A stretch of 64,000 nucleotides of DNA from NCBI RefSeq assembly GCF_009914755.1, contig NC_060941.1; one strand, given 5' to 3'. This document shows positions 33,912-49,613 of this stretch, piece by piece; position 1 is the first letter of the stretch; each line of letters opens with the position of its first letter. The notes below the pieces were generated by a model that was not told the origin of the DNA, made no database searches, and worked only from the letters and a program-made list of their open reading frames with translations. The DNA comes from the human T2T-CHM13v2.0 reference genome, Homo sapiens. The translations under genes and the position numbers were made by a program.

Positions 33912-34769
33912 CTAAAAGAAGACAGTATGTCTGTGTGTCACATGTACTATGAGAAACAATCCTTGATTTTCCACAAACTTTAATGTTGAAGAAAATTTCA
34001 GAGTACTTTTACAAGGCAATGAGTTAGAAATTGGCAAAAACAGTTTTTGTAGTCATACGCTGTAGCCTTAGCAGTAACTCGTAGCCAAACTCAGACTTTC
34101 AGTGAAGAGAAACTATTGCTTAGAATGGCGGGTGCCTGTTCTTTAACTAGCAATTTGTATAATGAAAGCAAGAAGCTCTTAAATAGAGGAAACTTCTCCT
34201 ACTGAATAAATATATTTTGGTTTTTTTGCTAGCTCCTACTTGGTGCAAGGTAAGAGCGATTGTTAAACCGCAAGGTTATGGCTGTGTGATGTGAATGGAA
34301 GCTTAGTATGCCAGTTCTAAAAACAGCTTATTATAATCAAGTACTGGAACACATATTACCATGTTAACACACATTTTATACATTTTCTGATTAAGCTCAA
34401 TTTAAACAACTACTTTCGGGTCTATTTCTTTTTTAATTGACACTTCCATTAAATAGCAGATTCACCAAAAAAGGGTAAGTTTTAATCACAGTAAACACAT
34501 AGTACTTCTAGCACAAACATAACTCAAGCTCAATACATACACAATATTACTCAAACCCTACAAGCACTAAATTTCTCATCTTCACTTTGTAAAGTTTCTT
34601 ACAATCACAAAACCAGCCAATCAGAAACTTATTTAATGGGGATCCAGGTCATTTTCAAGTCTCTAAATAATTCCCCATTATTTAAATTTGGCAGAGGATT
34701 GCAACAAATGCACAGTCAACATGATGCAGCTTACGATATCATATTTTTTGTCCTTGAGAAGAGCCTTAC

Positions 34770-34781
34770 CGAGTTGGCACA
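34770..34781 (-). CDS. SPAG9: Alternative 12-nt microexon inserting VPTR (WQF-VPTR-FSRLF)
   Basis: Minus strand reads (T)n aatatatAG|TGTGCCAACTCG|GTAAGG; phase 2-2 and frame-preserving. Confidence 0.85.
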
Positions 34782-34953
34782 CTATATATTAAAAAAAAAA
34801 AAAAAGTTCAGTTTAGCTACTTAACCATTACCCCTAGTTTAAAAAAAAAAATGAAGGAAAGAAAATGGACATAAAATCATTCTTGGAAATAAATTTTGAC
34901 TGTAATTTTCTTGTCTCATGTGCTGTCTAACATCTTTGTTTTTCAATACTTAC

Positions 34954-35010
34954 AACTGCCAAATGCTTGACCTTTTTTTTTCCTGCATGGCTGGATTTTC
35001 TCGTGATGCC
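34954..35010 (-). CDS. SPAG9: SPAG9 coding exon (ASRENPAMQEKKRSSIWQF)
   Basis: AG/GTAAGT, 57 nt, phase 2 to 2. Confidence 0.96.
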
Positions 35011-35719
35011 CTACATTCAAAAAGAAAAGAAAAGAAACATTTATCAGTGAGGTATTCTACCTTTCTTTCTGAAGAACAAGAGACCCAAGAAGTTCATGGG
35101 ATACACAGAGGGGAGTCAACAATTAAGTTCAATAAATACTGTAGTTACTTTGACCTACCATGTGTCAGTCAATCTGCTAAAGATTGACTTTAATTCTACT
35201 AAGAAAAATAAAATATCATCCCTCCCTCAAAGAGCTTAGTCTACCGACAGAGGACTGTAATATGTGCTAGACAGCCAACATGCCTGAATGATATTTAAAA
35301 TTTTTTATTGAAAAGATACCCTCTAACTTTCCCTTTTATTAAAATATTGCCTTGTAAATTCCCATCTTTACATAAAAGTCTCTATCATCTATACTCGGAG
35401 CTCTCACAAAATAGCTTGAAACTTTGGCATCCTGAGGGGTCATTTTTCACAAGACTAAAACTTTTCCATCACTGGAAAGATGACCACAGCAGGGAAGAGG
35501 ATAAACTGGATTGACAGGTGATTCAACAAAATTTCAGAAAATAAGATATTCCAAATTGATTTATGAGGTGGTAGGGATTCTGCCATCATAATCAGAGCTC
35601 TCTTTTCACTACTTTTTTGTTATGAACTAAATTAAAAACATTCTTTACTTCAGTGAAGTAGTTAAAAGTAAGCTACTATTTCCTTTAATTTGTTGACTAC
35701 CACTTGGCTGCTAGAGTTA

Positions 35720-36098
<379 letters not shown>

Positions 36099-36984
36099 TT
36101 ATTATTTATTCGATATCCACTAAATACTGCAGTTAAGAACATACACTTTCTAGTGGGTTAGTTTCCTTGTCTAATAAATATAGATTAGAATACTGATCTT
36201 CCTTATGGGCAGTTATAAGCAATTACTATCACAGCAAATTGTAAAATGATATGTTAAAACACTTGATTCTAATATAACATTGGTAAAGGGTACATAAACT
36301 GTGAAATAAATGATGTAATCCTAAAGAAGTAAAAGTTGGCAATTAGAGAATGTGTTCATAAACTTAAAAACAACATGTCAATGCATACTATTATTGGTAA
36401 ATCTGATATGACAATCCAAACTCAAAAATATGGGTAAATTAGGGGGCAGCTCATTTACAAACTTTTCAGTTCTTTCTAAATTAAAGAAACACTATTACTG
36501 AGACTACAACCATTAGATGGCAGCATTGGGTGAGATTTAAGAGCCATCTGACTGAAAGATACCAATGGAAGGGTGTACTTGGCATGAACAGTTAGAAAAG
36601 AGAGAAAGAAATCAAGCAAGAGTATTTTACAGAAAGACACTGAGTCAAAATAATTTATTTTCCTGTGTTGCATATGAAATTGTGATCTTTTCCTGACATT
36701 ACTGGGTAAGTAGTATTGATTTCTATATTTGAAAAATGACCATCATTCCTAAGTAATAATAATTGCCTTTTAGAGGTCGTAGTAACATCCTCCAAGATCC
36801 CTTACTGGCCCAAAAAGCACCTCCTTTGATCACATTCTGTTGCTAATTCTGAGTGTTACTTTAAAAAGTCTCTCCTAGTAAACAGAGAAAGGGGCTTGGA
36901 TCTTACAGGGCAGGACTTAAGTTCCACATGAAGGAATATTCAAACCTACAAAATAATAGTAGGAAAATAATGGAGCGCTTGTCA

Positions 36985-37122
<138 letters not shown>

Positions 37123-39795
37123 CTATAATGACAAGAAAATGACATATCATTCTGGAAGCTTATAAATGTCTTGGTGTTCATCTCAGAGTTATGCAAAATC
37201 TTTCAGTTTTTAAGCATTCCTTAATTTTTAATCTAGTAGATCATTTAAAGAAAAATGGCTTTATAAAAACAAAATCAACAAAGACTTTTTTTTAAAAAAA
37301 TATATTTTTTGAGACAGGGCCTTGATCTGTTGCCCACCCTGAAGTGCAGTGGTGAAATCATAGCTCACTGCAGCCTGGAACTTCTGGGTTAAAGCAATCT
37401 GCCCACCCCAGCCTCCTGAGTAGCTTGGACTACAGGTACATGTCAACACGCCTGACTAATTTTTAAATTTTTTTGTAGAGACAGGGTCTCGTTATGTTGC
37501 CCAGGCTCATCTTGAAATACTGGACTCTAGTGGTGCTCCTGCCTCAGCTTCTCAAAGTGTTGGGACTACAGGTGTAAGCCACTGTGCCCAGCCAACAAAG
37601 AGATTTAAATAATCACTCATGACTACAAAGATAAAAGGCAGCAATTTAATTTCTGAATATATATACACAGATATTTGAACATATTATAAAGAAATCATAA
37701 AGAGTAGTGTGGGTCTGTTCTCATGGTTCTTAAAAATATATAAAAAATAAAGCTAAAAAATAAAAAGAATAGTAGGGGGCTGGACGCAGTGACTCACGCC
37801 TGTAGTCGCGGCACTTTGGGAGTCTGAGGCGGGTACAATGCTTGAGCTTAGTTTGAGACCAGCCTGGGCAACATAGTAAAACCCTGTAGCCAGGAGTGGT
37901 GGCACACACCTGTAGTCCCAGCTACTTGGGAAGCTGAGGTAGGAGGATTGCTTCAGCTGGGAGGTCAAGGCTGCAGTGAGCCATGACCATACCACTGCAG
38001 TCCAACCTGGGCAAGAGAGTGCAATCCTGTCTTTAAAAAACAAAACAACAACAACAACAAAAACAACAACAAAAACAAACAGTAGGGCCAGGCACGATGG
38101 TCCACGCCTATAATCCTAGCACTTTGGGAGTATCACTTTGAGCCCAGGAATTTGAGACCAGCCTTGGCAATGTGGTGTGAGATCCCATCTCTACAGAAAA
38201 TAAAAAATTAGCCACGTATGGGGTGGCGCACAACTTTGGTCCCAGCTACTCAGGAGGCTGAAGTTAAAAAAAAAAAAAAAGCATAGAATTGCTTGAGGCC
38301 AAGAGTTCAAGACCAGCCTAGGCAACATAGTGAGACCCTGGCTCTACAAAAAATAAAATTAAATTAATAGCCAGGTGGGGTGGCATGCACCTGTAGTTCC
38401 AGCTACTTGGGAGGCGGAGGCAGGAGGATCACTTGAGCCCAGGAGTTCAAGGCTGTGGTGGGATATGATTGCCACTGTACTCCTCCAGCCTGGAGGAGTG
38501 ACAGAGCAAGACTCTGTCTCTAAAAAATAGTAATAATACTAAAATAAAAATAAAGGATAGTGCAGATTTTAAACTAAAACCAAAATTGTTATCTACATAG
38601 ATTTAATACACTATTGTAAGTTTCACCTAAAAATGTTGCTCTACCATTATTTTAATTCATGCTCTGTAACAATCGTCACTCAGAAAATAGTTATAAGTTA
38701 GTTCCATTTATCTCAAATTACCAAACCACATACTCACCCAAGACCAGCATTAAGGGTAAACTTATTACCTAGTTACCAAGGTACTCAACTATAAGAGTCG
38801 CTAAAATACCAACATAAATGCAAACAGATGGAGACAACTGTATTAGCCAGAATTACTCTTAGACAGAGTATGTGAATATAGAGTAAGCACAGGGGTAAGA
38901 CCTCAAGGGAACATGGCTCAAGTCAACGTCCTATAGGCTTTCATTATCCACATTTTGGATCAAAGCTGAAAGGTTTGGGACATAAGAAAGACACTAAGCT
39001 TAGCCCTTAGCAGTCCTCCTCCTTTGTTGTTCTGTTATAGAAACTGGGCCTCTCCTTTCAATAAAGTTAAACAACAAATGATAAAGATCTTAAGTTTATA
39101 ACACAGCAAGCCCACTAGTAGGTATGTACTCTGGAAAGGCTACTGCTCCTGCCCACCTGGAGACTTCTACTGTAATGTTTGTAACAACAGCATTGTAAAA
39201 AGCTGAGACAAACTAAATATTCCTTAACAGGAAAATAAATACATAAATTGTGACTATTCATTCAATGGGATATCATAAAGTAGTGAATATGAATGATAAC
39301 TACAGCACTGTACTACACGGATGAATCTCAAAAACATGCCACTGAGGAAAAGAAGCTGGTCTCCAAGACTAAATGTAGTGTGAAACACAAAAAAGGAAAA
39401 ATTAAACCATATATACATATGTGATATGATAAAATTTTTTTTTTAAGTTAAGCAAATGATAAATATAGGATAGCAGCTTTCTCTGCAGGGGAGGAACACA
39501 GAATAGTTCAATGTCTAGTAATGTTCTAATTATCAGATTGGGTGGTAGGTTCACAATGTTAATTTATTATGATTCATAACCTGCATGTCTTACTTGTTTT
39601 TGTGTGTATCATTACATAAGATACTAAAAAACAGAGACTGAAGGGGCACCAAGTGATCATTCTGTCCAAAACAACCACATATCTTTGGTCTGACCTTTGA
39701 CCTGCAAACATTTGTTATAAGAATGATTATGAGGCTGGGCTGGGTGGCTCACATCTGTAATCCCAGCACTTTGGGAGGCTGACCAGGGTGGATTA

Positions 39796-40017
<222 letters not shown>

Positions 40018-40488
40018 CTAGGGGTATGCTAAGGATATTAGCAAGAAGCTCATATTTATTCTTCTGTACTTATGTTCACAACAATATGAACTAATTGACT
40101 AGTACTAAAGTTCTAGACTTCATCTTTTTAATACTGTTAAATAATTTTTATTATTAAGCTTTCATATTTCTAAATCAAAATTTGAAACGAAACAACAATA
40201 ACAACAACCAAAAACCCCAAAATGTCCCAGTTGGTCCTCAAACTTGAACATGCAACTACAGGTAAGAGCACAGAGGCACAGAGGGAAAATGAGCACACTG
40301 CATGGAGCTAGAAAGCTCAGCATCTGGATACCATGCAGAAGCATGAGCTATCCTATTCATGACCATAAACATGTCTCCTGACTTTTAAAAATCTTTATAG
40401 TATTATATCCAAAGCTTACGTAGGAAGATCTTCCCGAAACACCAAAACATGGTAAGGTAAGAAAAAAAGTCCAAAATTGTAAACCTAC

Positions 40489-40540
40489 ATCATCGTCATC
40501 TTTTGCTTTTTGCCTTGCATCTTCAGCTTCTGCCCGAGCT
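40489..40540 (-). CDS. SPAG9: SPAG9 coding exon (ARAEAEDARQKAKDDDD)
   Basis: AG/GTAGGT, 52 nt, phase 2 to 0. Confidence 0.95.
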
Positions 40541-40820
40541 CTAGTGGGGAAAAAACAAAACAAAACATGTTATTTGAATTGAGCTCATCTTTTCAAAAAA
40601 ATAAGAGTAGGTCAACAATTTTAACTACCACTAAAGGATTATTTTTCTTTTCCCAAACAGGGTATTTAGCCACCCTCATTTGGTGGAGTATCATCATATC
40701 ATAGCATTGTTCAGAAATAAACAGGTATTAAAGAAAGTGGGATAAAAAAATAATGTTTTAAATTTCCTTATTATCAAAACAAAGATGTTTGAACAGTCTC
40801 TAACTCTTTTTGCATCATTA

Positions 40821-41018
<198 letters not shown>

Positions 41019-41361
41019 TCAGAAGGCTGAGGCAAGAGAATCGCTTGAACTCGGGAGGCAGAGGTTGCAGTGAGCCAAGGCTTTGCCACTTCACTCCAGC
41101 CTGGGCAACAGGAGTGAGACTCCGTCTCAAAAAAACAGAAAACAAAAAACAAAAGACAATAATATTTAGATGACAGGCTAACAACTGGAGGGGCCTGCTC
41201 ACAGCAGAGGCAATGGGCTGGGGCACTTTGCCCTCTCCCAGGCAGCTCTTGGCCTTCCAGGCTTGAGTGGACAGAAGGTCTCAGTCTCAGGGTTACATCT
41301 GTAACCCTTTGTGGCATAACTGGCAAAGAGTTTGGTTTAGAACAACACAGTTAAAACTTAC

Positions 41362-41514
41362 TTCCTAAGCTCTTCCTCCAATTCTCTGTTCTTTTCCTCT
41401 AGTTTCAGTTTGGCTTGCTTCACAGCCTCCAATTCCCCTTGCAGCACATCTTTCTCACAGGTCAGTTCATCCACTTTTGCTATCAAATCATTCTTCACTA
41501 TGTTCAAAGCATTT
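41362..41514 (-). CDS. SPAG9: SPAG9 coding exon ([18 protein letters not shown]...EEELRK), leucine zipper II coiled coil
   Basis: AG/GTAAGT, 153 nt, phase 2 to 2; heptad leucines. Confidence 0.97.
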
Positions 41515-42384
41515 CTAAGAAACACATATTTCAAGTGCATCATTACAAATAAATATTCTTTCCATCTTTCAGCTATTCCTTTGTAGACTAAACTGTACAA
41601 CCATAGACAATAATAATTTAATACTTCAAGACATTCTACCCAATGTTGTTTGTAGATAAATGCAAAAAGAACACAAAGCAACAGTCTAAGATTTTACTCA
41701 TTTATCAAATGAATAAAACAAGACAGATCATCAATTACTAAAAAGTGAGAAGATTAAATTTTAAAAATAGCATTCAAAAGGTTACTATTGTTAATAATTC
41801 CTCAGAATATATTACCCAATCAATAAAGTAAAATTATTTCTTGATGTTACCTTTAATAAATAATGAGAAAACAGTTTAAACTGGAAAGTTAAGACAGTCT
41901 ACGCTGAAGAAAAAACCCTGATATCCAGTTCCTTTGGGTATAGTGGGCATAGGACCTTATTATAACTGCATTCTGTCTTGGATATACACAGATGTTCCAA
42001 AGTTGCTCTGACACAGCAAACTGACAAAGGAACCCAGTCAGCTTTTCCACATGACTGGGGATCTGTCCCATTAAATGTGTCTGAGGGCTTAAGACTCCAC
42101 AAATTGCACCCAAGAATGCACAGCTATGGAAGACAGCTCTGAAGAGGAAGGCTGAGTATACATGAAAATATTTGTGTGGAAATAAAAGAAACCCCAGGAG
42201 AAGAGATAAGAAAACAGACAAATGTTAAGGGAGGGAGCAAAAAAAGTGTAAAACCAGGACAAATTTAGAAGATTAAGAAAAAGGCATGGATACTTATAGA
42301 GTGAAAAGGAGATGACAATCTGTGTTTCTACAAAAAAACAGGGCAAGGGAACATATCTAACAGGGCAGTGTAGGTCCCAACATT

Positions 42385-42388
<4 letters not shown>

Positions 42389-42416
<28 letters not shown>
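42389..42416. repeat. (GT)n microsatellite
   Basis: About 14 perfect GT units. Confidence 0.95.
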
Positions 42417-42545
42417 CACACTCAGAGTTGGGGAACGAGATGGGACAGGGAGATTCCATTAGTATTATGTTAAAACGATGAAGTGTCATTGACTTGGACA
42501 AGAAGAAAATTCTTTATCTTCTGTTAAAATTTCACATATACTTAC

Positions 42546-42603
42546 TTGGTTTCCAACAGTTGTGTATTTTCTAATATAAGATTCTCAACTTCCCGACCCA
42601 TTC
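42546..42603 (-). CDS. SPAG9: SPAG9 coding exon (GMGREVENLILENTQLLETK), start of leucine zipper II
   Basis: AG/GTAAGT boundaries, 58 nt, phase 1 to 2. Confidence 0.96.
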
Positions 42604-43113
42604 CTATCAAACGAAAAAAGATAAAGACTTTGAAAATAAATGCATCAATAATTATATACATTTAAAATATAAGCTATAGTCACAAGTTTTATTTTAGAAA
42701 TTTTATCTGTCCTTTATTAATTTTATTTTGTCTATAATTTCATTTGATGGACCTACTTTAATAGATTATAAAATTATAAATAATTATTCATTACGAACAA
42801 GGCTAAAGATTTTGTTGGCCTATTTCTTTTTTAAATCTGAATTGGCTTGCTAGGGAATGAGGCCAATTTTTAATATCTGTTAGTCTATATTTCTCATAGA
42901 TAATATTTCAAAAGGATCAAGACTTTTCTGCCAAATATTCTAATATTCCAACACTACATAGGGTAAAAAAGAACAGCTTTAATATGGATCGAAATTGTTT
43001 CTAAATCACATCTGACCTCGTAGGCTTTTGCCTAAAAATTAGACCTTATTAATAGAGAACAGGCAAAAACAAGGCTAAAGAAAGATAGAACCCCAAGGCA
43101 GATGAAACCTTAC

Positions 43114-43128
43114 CAAAGAAATTATGGT
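43114..43128 (-). CDS. SPAG9: Alternative 15-nt microexon encoding DHNFF
   Basis: Minus strand reads tgcatgggctttaAG|ACCATAATTTCTTTG|GTAAGG; phase 1-1; parallels JIP3 (VR)DDFF before GMGKEV. Confidence 0.85.
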
Positions 43129-44407
43129 CTTAAAGCCCATGCATTCCATGTAAAGCAAAAACAAAGAACAAGAAATGTTTTACGTAAGAAACAGCATGAA
43201 AACAGATTATTAATCTATAAAGTTTTATACATGATATGAAAAACATCTGGAATCACAATGTTATGATTTAATGCATAATGATGTGCAAAAGACAGAAATA
43301 AAGATGATTTCCTTCATTCATAAGGATGCTGATATACCTAAAAAATGCTTTACCAATTCTTTCTCACAATAAGATTAACTATAATTAGATTGAAAATCTT
43401 CAATTAACAATACAAACTTTCCTTCAAAGTGCCACCTATAAAATAATAATGTTCAGTTATCACTTGAGTGAATGTCTTTGATCGTGTTTGGCATTTTAAT
43501 GACTACTGTGAGATAAGCACGTAGAGCATCCAATGCAAGATCCAATGGAGTGGTCTTTAGGGAGAAGAAAGCTATTAATTTGCTTTTCCTAAGAAACTGA
43601 AGAAATGAAATAACACACTAGGGAATATCACTCAAAAAACAAAAAATCAAAGCAAAACAAAACAAAACAAAAAAAACCCACCAGTCACTCATCTTCAAGG
43701 AATTGTGAGCTAATAATGTTGGAAAATCACATACAATGGAAGAAGTAATAATCATAACCCAAGTAAACAGGAAAGAAATCTTTCTAAAGAAAACTACATA
43801 CGACAAAGGAGTTAACATGTCCCTTTATTTTAAAAAAGGTAATTTTCCAAATGATTTAAAAATCACTTAAAACAAAAACAGCCAACCTAGGAATGCTACA
43901 TATTCTGTGTACCTGGACTCATATTTTGTCTATATTCTAATTTTCTCAAAGATCAGGGTACTTACACCAGAAAGAATTAAATATCAGAAATAGATTAATC
44001 ATCTACCTATGTATTATCTACAAACTGAAACCAAACAAAACAAAATAAAAGTCCCAAAAAAGTTTCCAAATTCTAACTCCAAAATGATCTTCGGCAAGAT
44101 ATTTGCTTTAAACACTAATGTTAAATTTTTATTCCTTTGTAGATACAATGGCTGGGAATGTTAACTTTTTAACAAAGTTATAGAGACAGAAGAAATAAGA
44201 ATGTAGACTGGTTGAAAACAGTTTATATAGTAACTATGTTTGCTATAAACTCTCAAGCAGTTAGATAAGCGTGGAAGCTGAAAATATATGAAAGGCAAAA
44301 AAATAGTTGAGCAGAAAAAAATGATGAGAAAGCATTAGATGAGAACAGCAGCCAAGAACACCTAGCTTAAAAAGCAGTAATATTAAAATATTCAAAATCA
44401 TACACAC

Positions 44408-44419
44408 CAGAATATTCCC
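44408..44419 (-). CDS. SPAG9: Alternative 12-nt microexon encoding (G)EYS
   Basis: Minus strand reads ctgcttacgtAG|GGGAATATTCTG|GTgtgt; phase 1-1 and frame-preserving; peptide parallels GEFS at the same position of paralog JIP3/MAPK8IP3. Confidence 0.75.
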
Positions 44420-45599
44420 CTACGTAAGCAGCCCAAGAGAAAAATGAATGAGAATCTCAATTAGATTGTTTTCAGAAAGCAAGAACTAAACTCATTTACT
44501 TTAAAATGAGAGAGAGGAAACAAAGAAATTGACAAGATGTAGAGAAACCATTAACTAAACACAATGAAGTGTAAATATTTATAAAAAGGAAAAAAATTGA
44601 AATGTGTGCTACAGGAAAAACAAATCCTATAATATAGTTTCTAAAGTTTACATTAGCCATGAAGCCAGTAGACAAGACAGATAATTCTGTAAACTGGAGG
44701 GTATACAGGACATTTTTGAAAAGGTACAAAGTCCTCAGTGGGCTTAGAAAATTCACCGTATGATCCATATATTATCCTACTTGGCTTGCACGTCTTTGGG
44801 TGCATGAATATACTGCTACTGCGTCCTCACCATCACCTAAATGTGACTCAGTCTGTCCCACTATAATATGTTGTGAATTTCCTTGTATTGTACTTCTATT
44901 GTTGGTCTTTTTGCATCAATGATACAACAGCAACAACATTTTAAAATTATCGTTAAAAGATTAACTGGCAATGTACAGAGCTTACTCTTAAGGGAAAACA
45001 CTACAAAAAGTCATGAGGATACCAAATGGAAACACATGATGGTGCCTTTGAGTCTGCATGAGACCCGGATGAAGTAGAAATAAAGCCTTTCCGAGATGGC
45101 AAAAATAAATAAATAAAGTTTACATTAAATGTACACATTCCCAATGAAGAGTTATCTTAATATATGGTGTATAAATTGAATATATAACCAATAGGATTAT
45201 CTAAAATTTCATTTTGAAATGATCAATAACTCTTTATAAGAAAAACATAAAGTGGCCTCATTTCTATTCAAGACTTAAATGAAGCACAAACTTAGGTCTA
45301 ATACATTTGAAAACTTTACTTATTAAAAACAAGCAAAATAAAAAAAAAACTGCCTGGCAGTTTTTAAAATCACAGAAGTTTCATTTGGATTTTAACACTG
45401 ATTCTCAAGCTAGGTCCATAGATGAGCTTCAGAGTTATATGGTAATCCCTTGAGAAGATGCACAATTTTATCTAGTTCTACATGTGTGTTTTTCCAAAGG
45501 TACATTGCTCTCTTACAAATTCACCTGTGAAGAATTTTTAATCCCAAAAGGAGAAGAATCACCGATTTTGAGGTGAAACAAAACTGTCAGAACTATTTA

Positions 45600-46400
45600 G
45601 CAATCCCATTCACTCAGTTGCTATGTGCTAAATATGCAACAGTGAACAAAGACACAGTTGTCTCAGCCACATTGAGCTTATAGTCTGTCCAGGGAGACAG
45701 ATAACTAAAAAATAACAGTAAAGTATGAAGAGTGGTATAATAAAATGCAGTGCCATGGGAATACATTTCAGGGAAAACTAAGCTTTAATTAGGGGATCAA
45801 GGCAGAATTCCTGGAGGATGTATCACTTAAGCAAGGCAAGAAAAGAAAAAAAAAATATATATATATATATATATACATATATGTATGTATACACACACAC
45901 ATTTAGGAGAGGGAACAAACAAGCCTTGGTGATTAGCTGTGAGGGAAAGTGAGAGGTGCAGGATGGAGAGCTATTCATTCACTAAAACAGTGCCTGTTGG
46001 TCCAAGAGCAGCCTTGGGGGACAGAACAATAAAGATAACAAACTGAGCTTTATACATGTCAAACGTAAAGCCCTCCAAGTCATTTTAGGGGTGTCTAGCA
46101 TGCAATTAGGAAATAATAGTCTTGGGCTCTAGAAAAAGATCTGAGATGGAGGTAAAAACTTGGGAGTAATTAGCCATGAAAACCAAGAAACAATGAGAGC
46201 AAACATGATTTCTTAAACAAAGTATCAGGCCTAGGACAGGAGCGCTGATACCTGAAAGACGAGCAAAGGAAGCGGATCCTGTTAAGATGACTGAAAAGGT
46301 AAGAGTCGAGACAGGAAAGGACACAGGCAAGTTGATATCACAGAAACCCAGCAAAGAGAGTTTTAAATAAGAAAGTTGAGGGATGAGACACCAATCAAGA
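45600..46400. mobile_element. L2 LINE remnant
   Basis: CAGTGAACAAAGACACAG...GAGCTTATAGTCT...GGGAGACAGA L2 3'-like phrases. Confidence 0.5.
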
Positions 46401-46454
46401 TAAAGGACAAATTGTTGAGATTCTTTTAAATTAGTAAAATCAGAAAAAGGTTGC

Positions 46455-48293
<1,839 letters not shown>

Positions 48294-48637
48294 AGATAGA
48301 CATTTAGATAGAACTTGTGTTTTCCTTCAAAAACACTTTACAATGTCAAGGACATAACTGGCAATCAATAAATTTAACATAAAATAATGCAAGCAATGTC
48401 ACTCCACTCCAAAGTCATAACAATTAACAAACGAAACCTTTTGAGAACAGTGTAATCTGTACTATAATTATACCAATAGATACAAATTTTTTTAGCTTAG
48501 TATCTCCAAAGGTATATATTTTTAATTCCATATAGTTTTTAATTTCTATAGGGTCCTAAGTTATAAGGAAGGTATACCAAAACTAATTCATAGGAGCCAG
48601 AACCTTGCACTGAAAGGAACTTCAGAGATCATCTAGG

Positions 48638-48857
48638 GCAGGGGTTGGCAAACTCTTTCTATAAAGGGCCAGACAGTAAATATTTTAGGCTTCAGATTTC
48701 AGTTGCCTACTCAACTCTGCTGTTGGTAGGCAAAGGCAACCACAGACAATAAGTAAATGGTGGTGTCTGTGTTCCAATAAAACTTTATTTACACACGCAC
48801 ACAAGGGGTCAGCTGGATTTGGCCCATAAGCGGCAGTTTGCCAGATTCCTGAACTAG
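48638..48857 (+). mobile_element. MER58A-like hAT MITE (inside a MIR)
   Basis: CAGGGGTTGGCAAACT...AAGGGCCAGACAGTAAATATTTTAGGC...CAGTTTGCC. Confidence 0.75.
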
Positions 48858-49144
48858 GGTCCAGCTCCTTCATTTTACACACAAAGAAATTAAGGTCCAA
48901 AAAGGTTAAGACACTTGGCAAAGGTCAGCAGGCAAATAGTCTAAGAGCCAAATGCAATATTCTTTTCAGACCATGTATTCTTCTAGAACACAAACTTTAA
49001 AATGATTATATTTACCATAGGGCTAAAACATAATATACTCTGAGAAAACTTAGAAAAATCAAGTGTTATAATTTCTTATTTAATTAAAGTCAACAGAATA
49101 TAATGAAATTTATGTAAGCCAGGGGATAACTAGGCATCAATCCA

Positions 49145-49191
49145 TACACACACACATACACATACACACACACACACATACACACACACAC
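49145..49191. repeat. Imperfect (CA)n microsatellite
   Basis: CA units with TA interruptions. Confidence 0.85.
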
Positions 49192-49491
49192 ATCACCATG
49201 TTCTTATGTGTAGTTATCTGTTTTGAAATATAGCAGGAGTTCAATAAATTGTGTTGTATGAATTCAAAACATGAATTTAAATGCAATTCAGTTTTAAGCA
49301 TACCCATATGCAAAGGTGCTTTCATTTAAAACTTTCATGATCACAAAGAATATGTTCCCAATAATTACCTAAAAGGGCAATAACCCTGTATCACTGAGCA
49401 GTTGGGGACATTTTAAAGGACTTTTCAATTAAATCATTTAAAAAATCAATTTTAAAAACAGTATGATATTTCTTCAGATGAGCTATCATAC

Positions 49492-49613
49492 CTAGTAAAT
49501 CTGCTCCTTCATCCACATCTCCTATTAGGCCTGAGCCAGCTGAAGACAGTTCTTCAAAGAGAGATTCTGTATTGCGATCAAAAGCTTTGTTCTCTATGCC
49601 TTTGGTGGGAGTG
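49492..49613 (-). CDS. SPAG9: SPAG9 coding exon ([25 protein letters not shown]...DEGADLL)
   Basis: AG/GT boundaries, 122 nt, phase 2 to 1; lies within ORF 49391..49654. Confidence 0.96.

Noticed and set aside
43621-43633. 13-nt exact match (GGGAATATCACTC) to the start of exon 36992-37122 after a pyrimidine tract
   Set aside because: Similarity stops immediately, followed by an in-frame TAG with no donor; consistent with chance
43960-43970. Strong-looking GTAAGT donor between the two microexons
   Set aside because: No suitable acceptor or open frame upstream to define an exon
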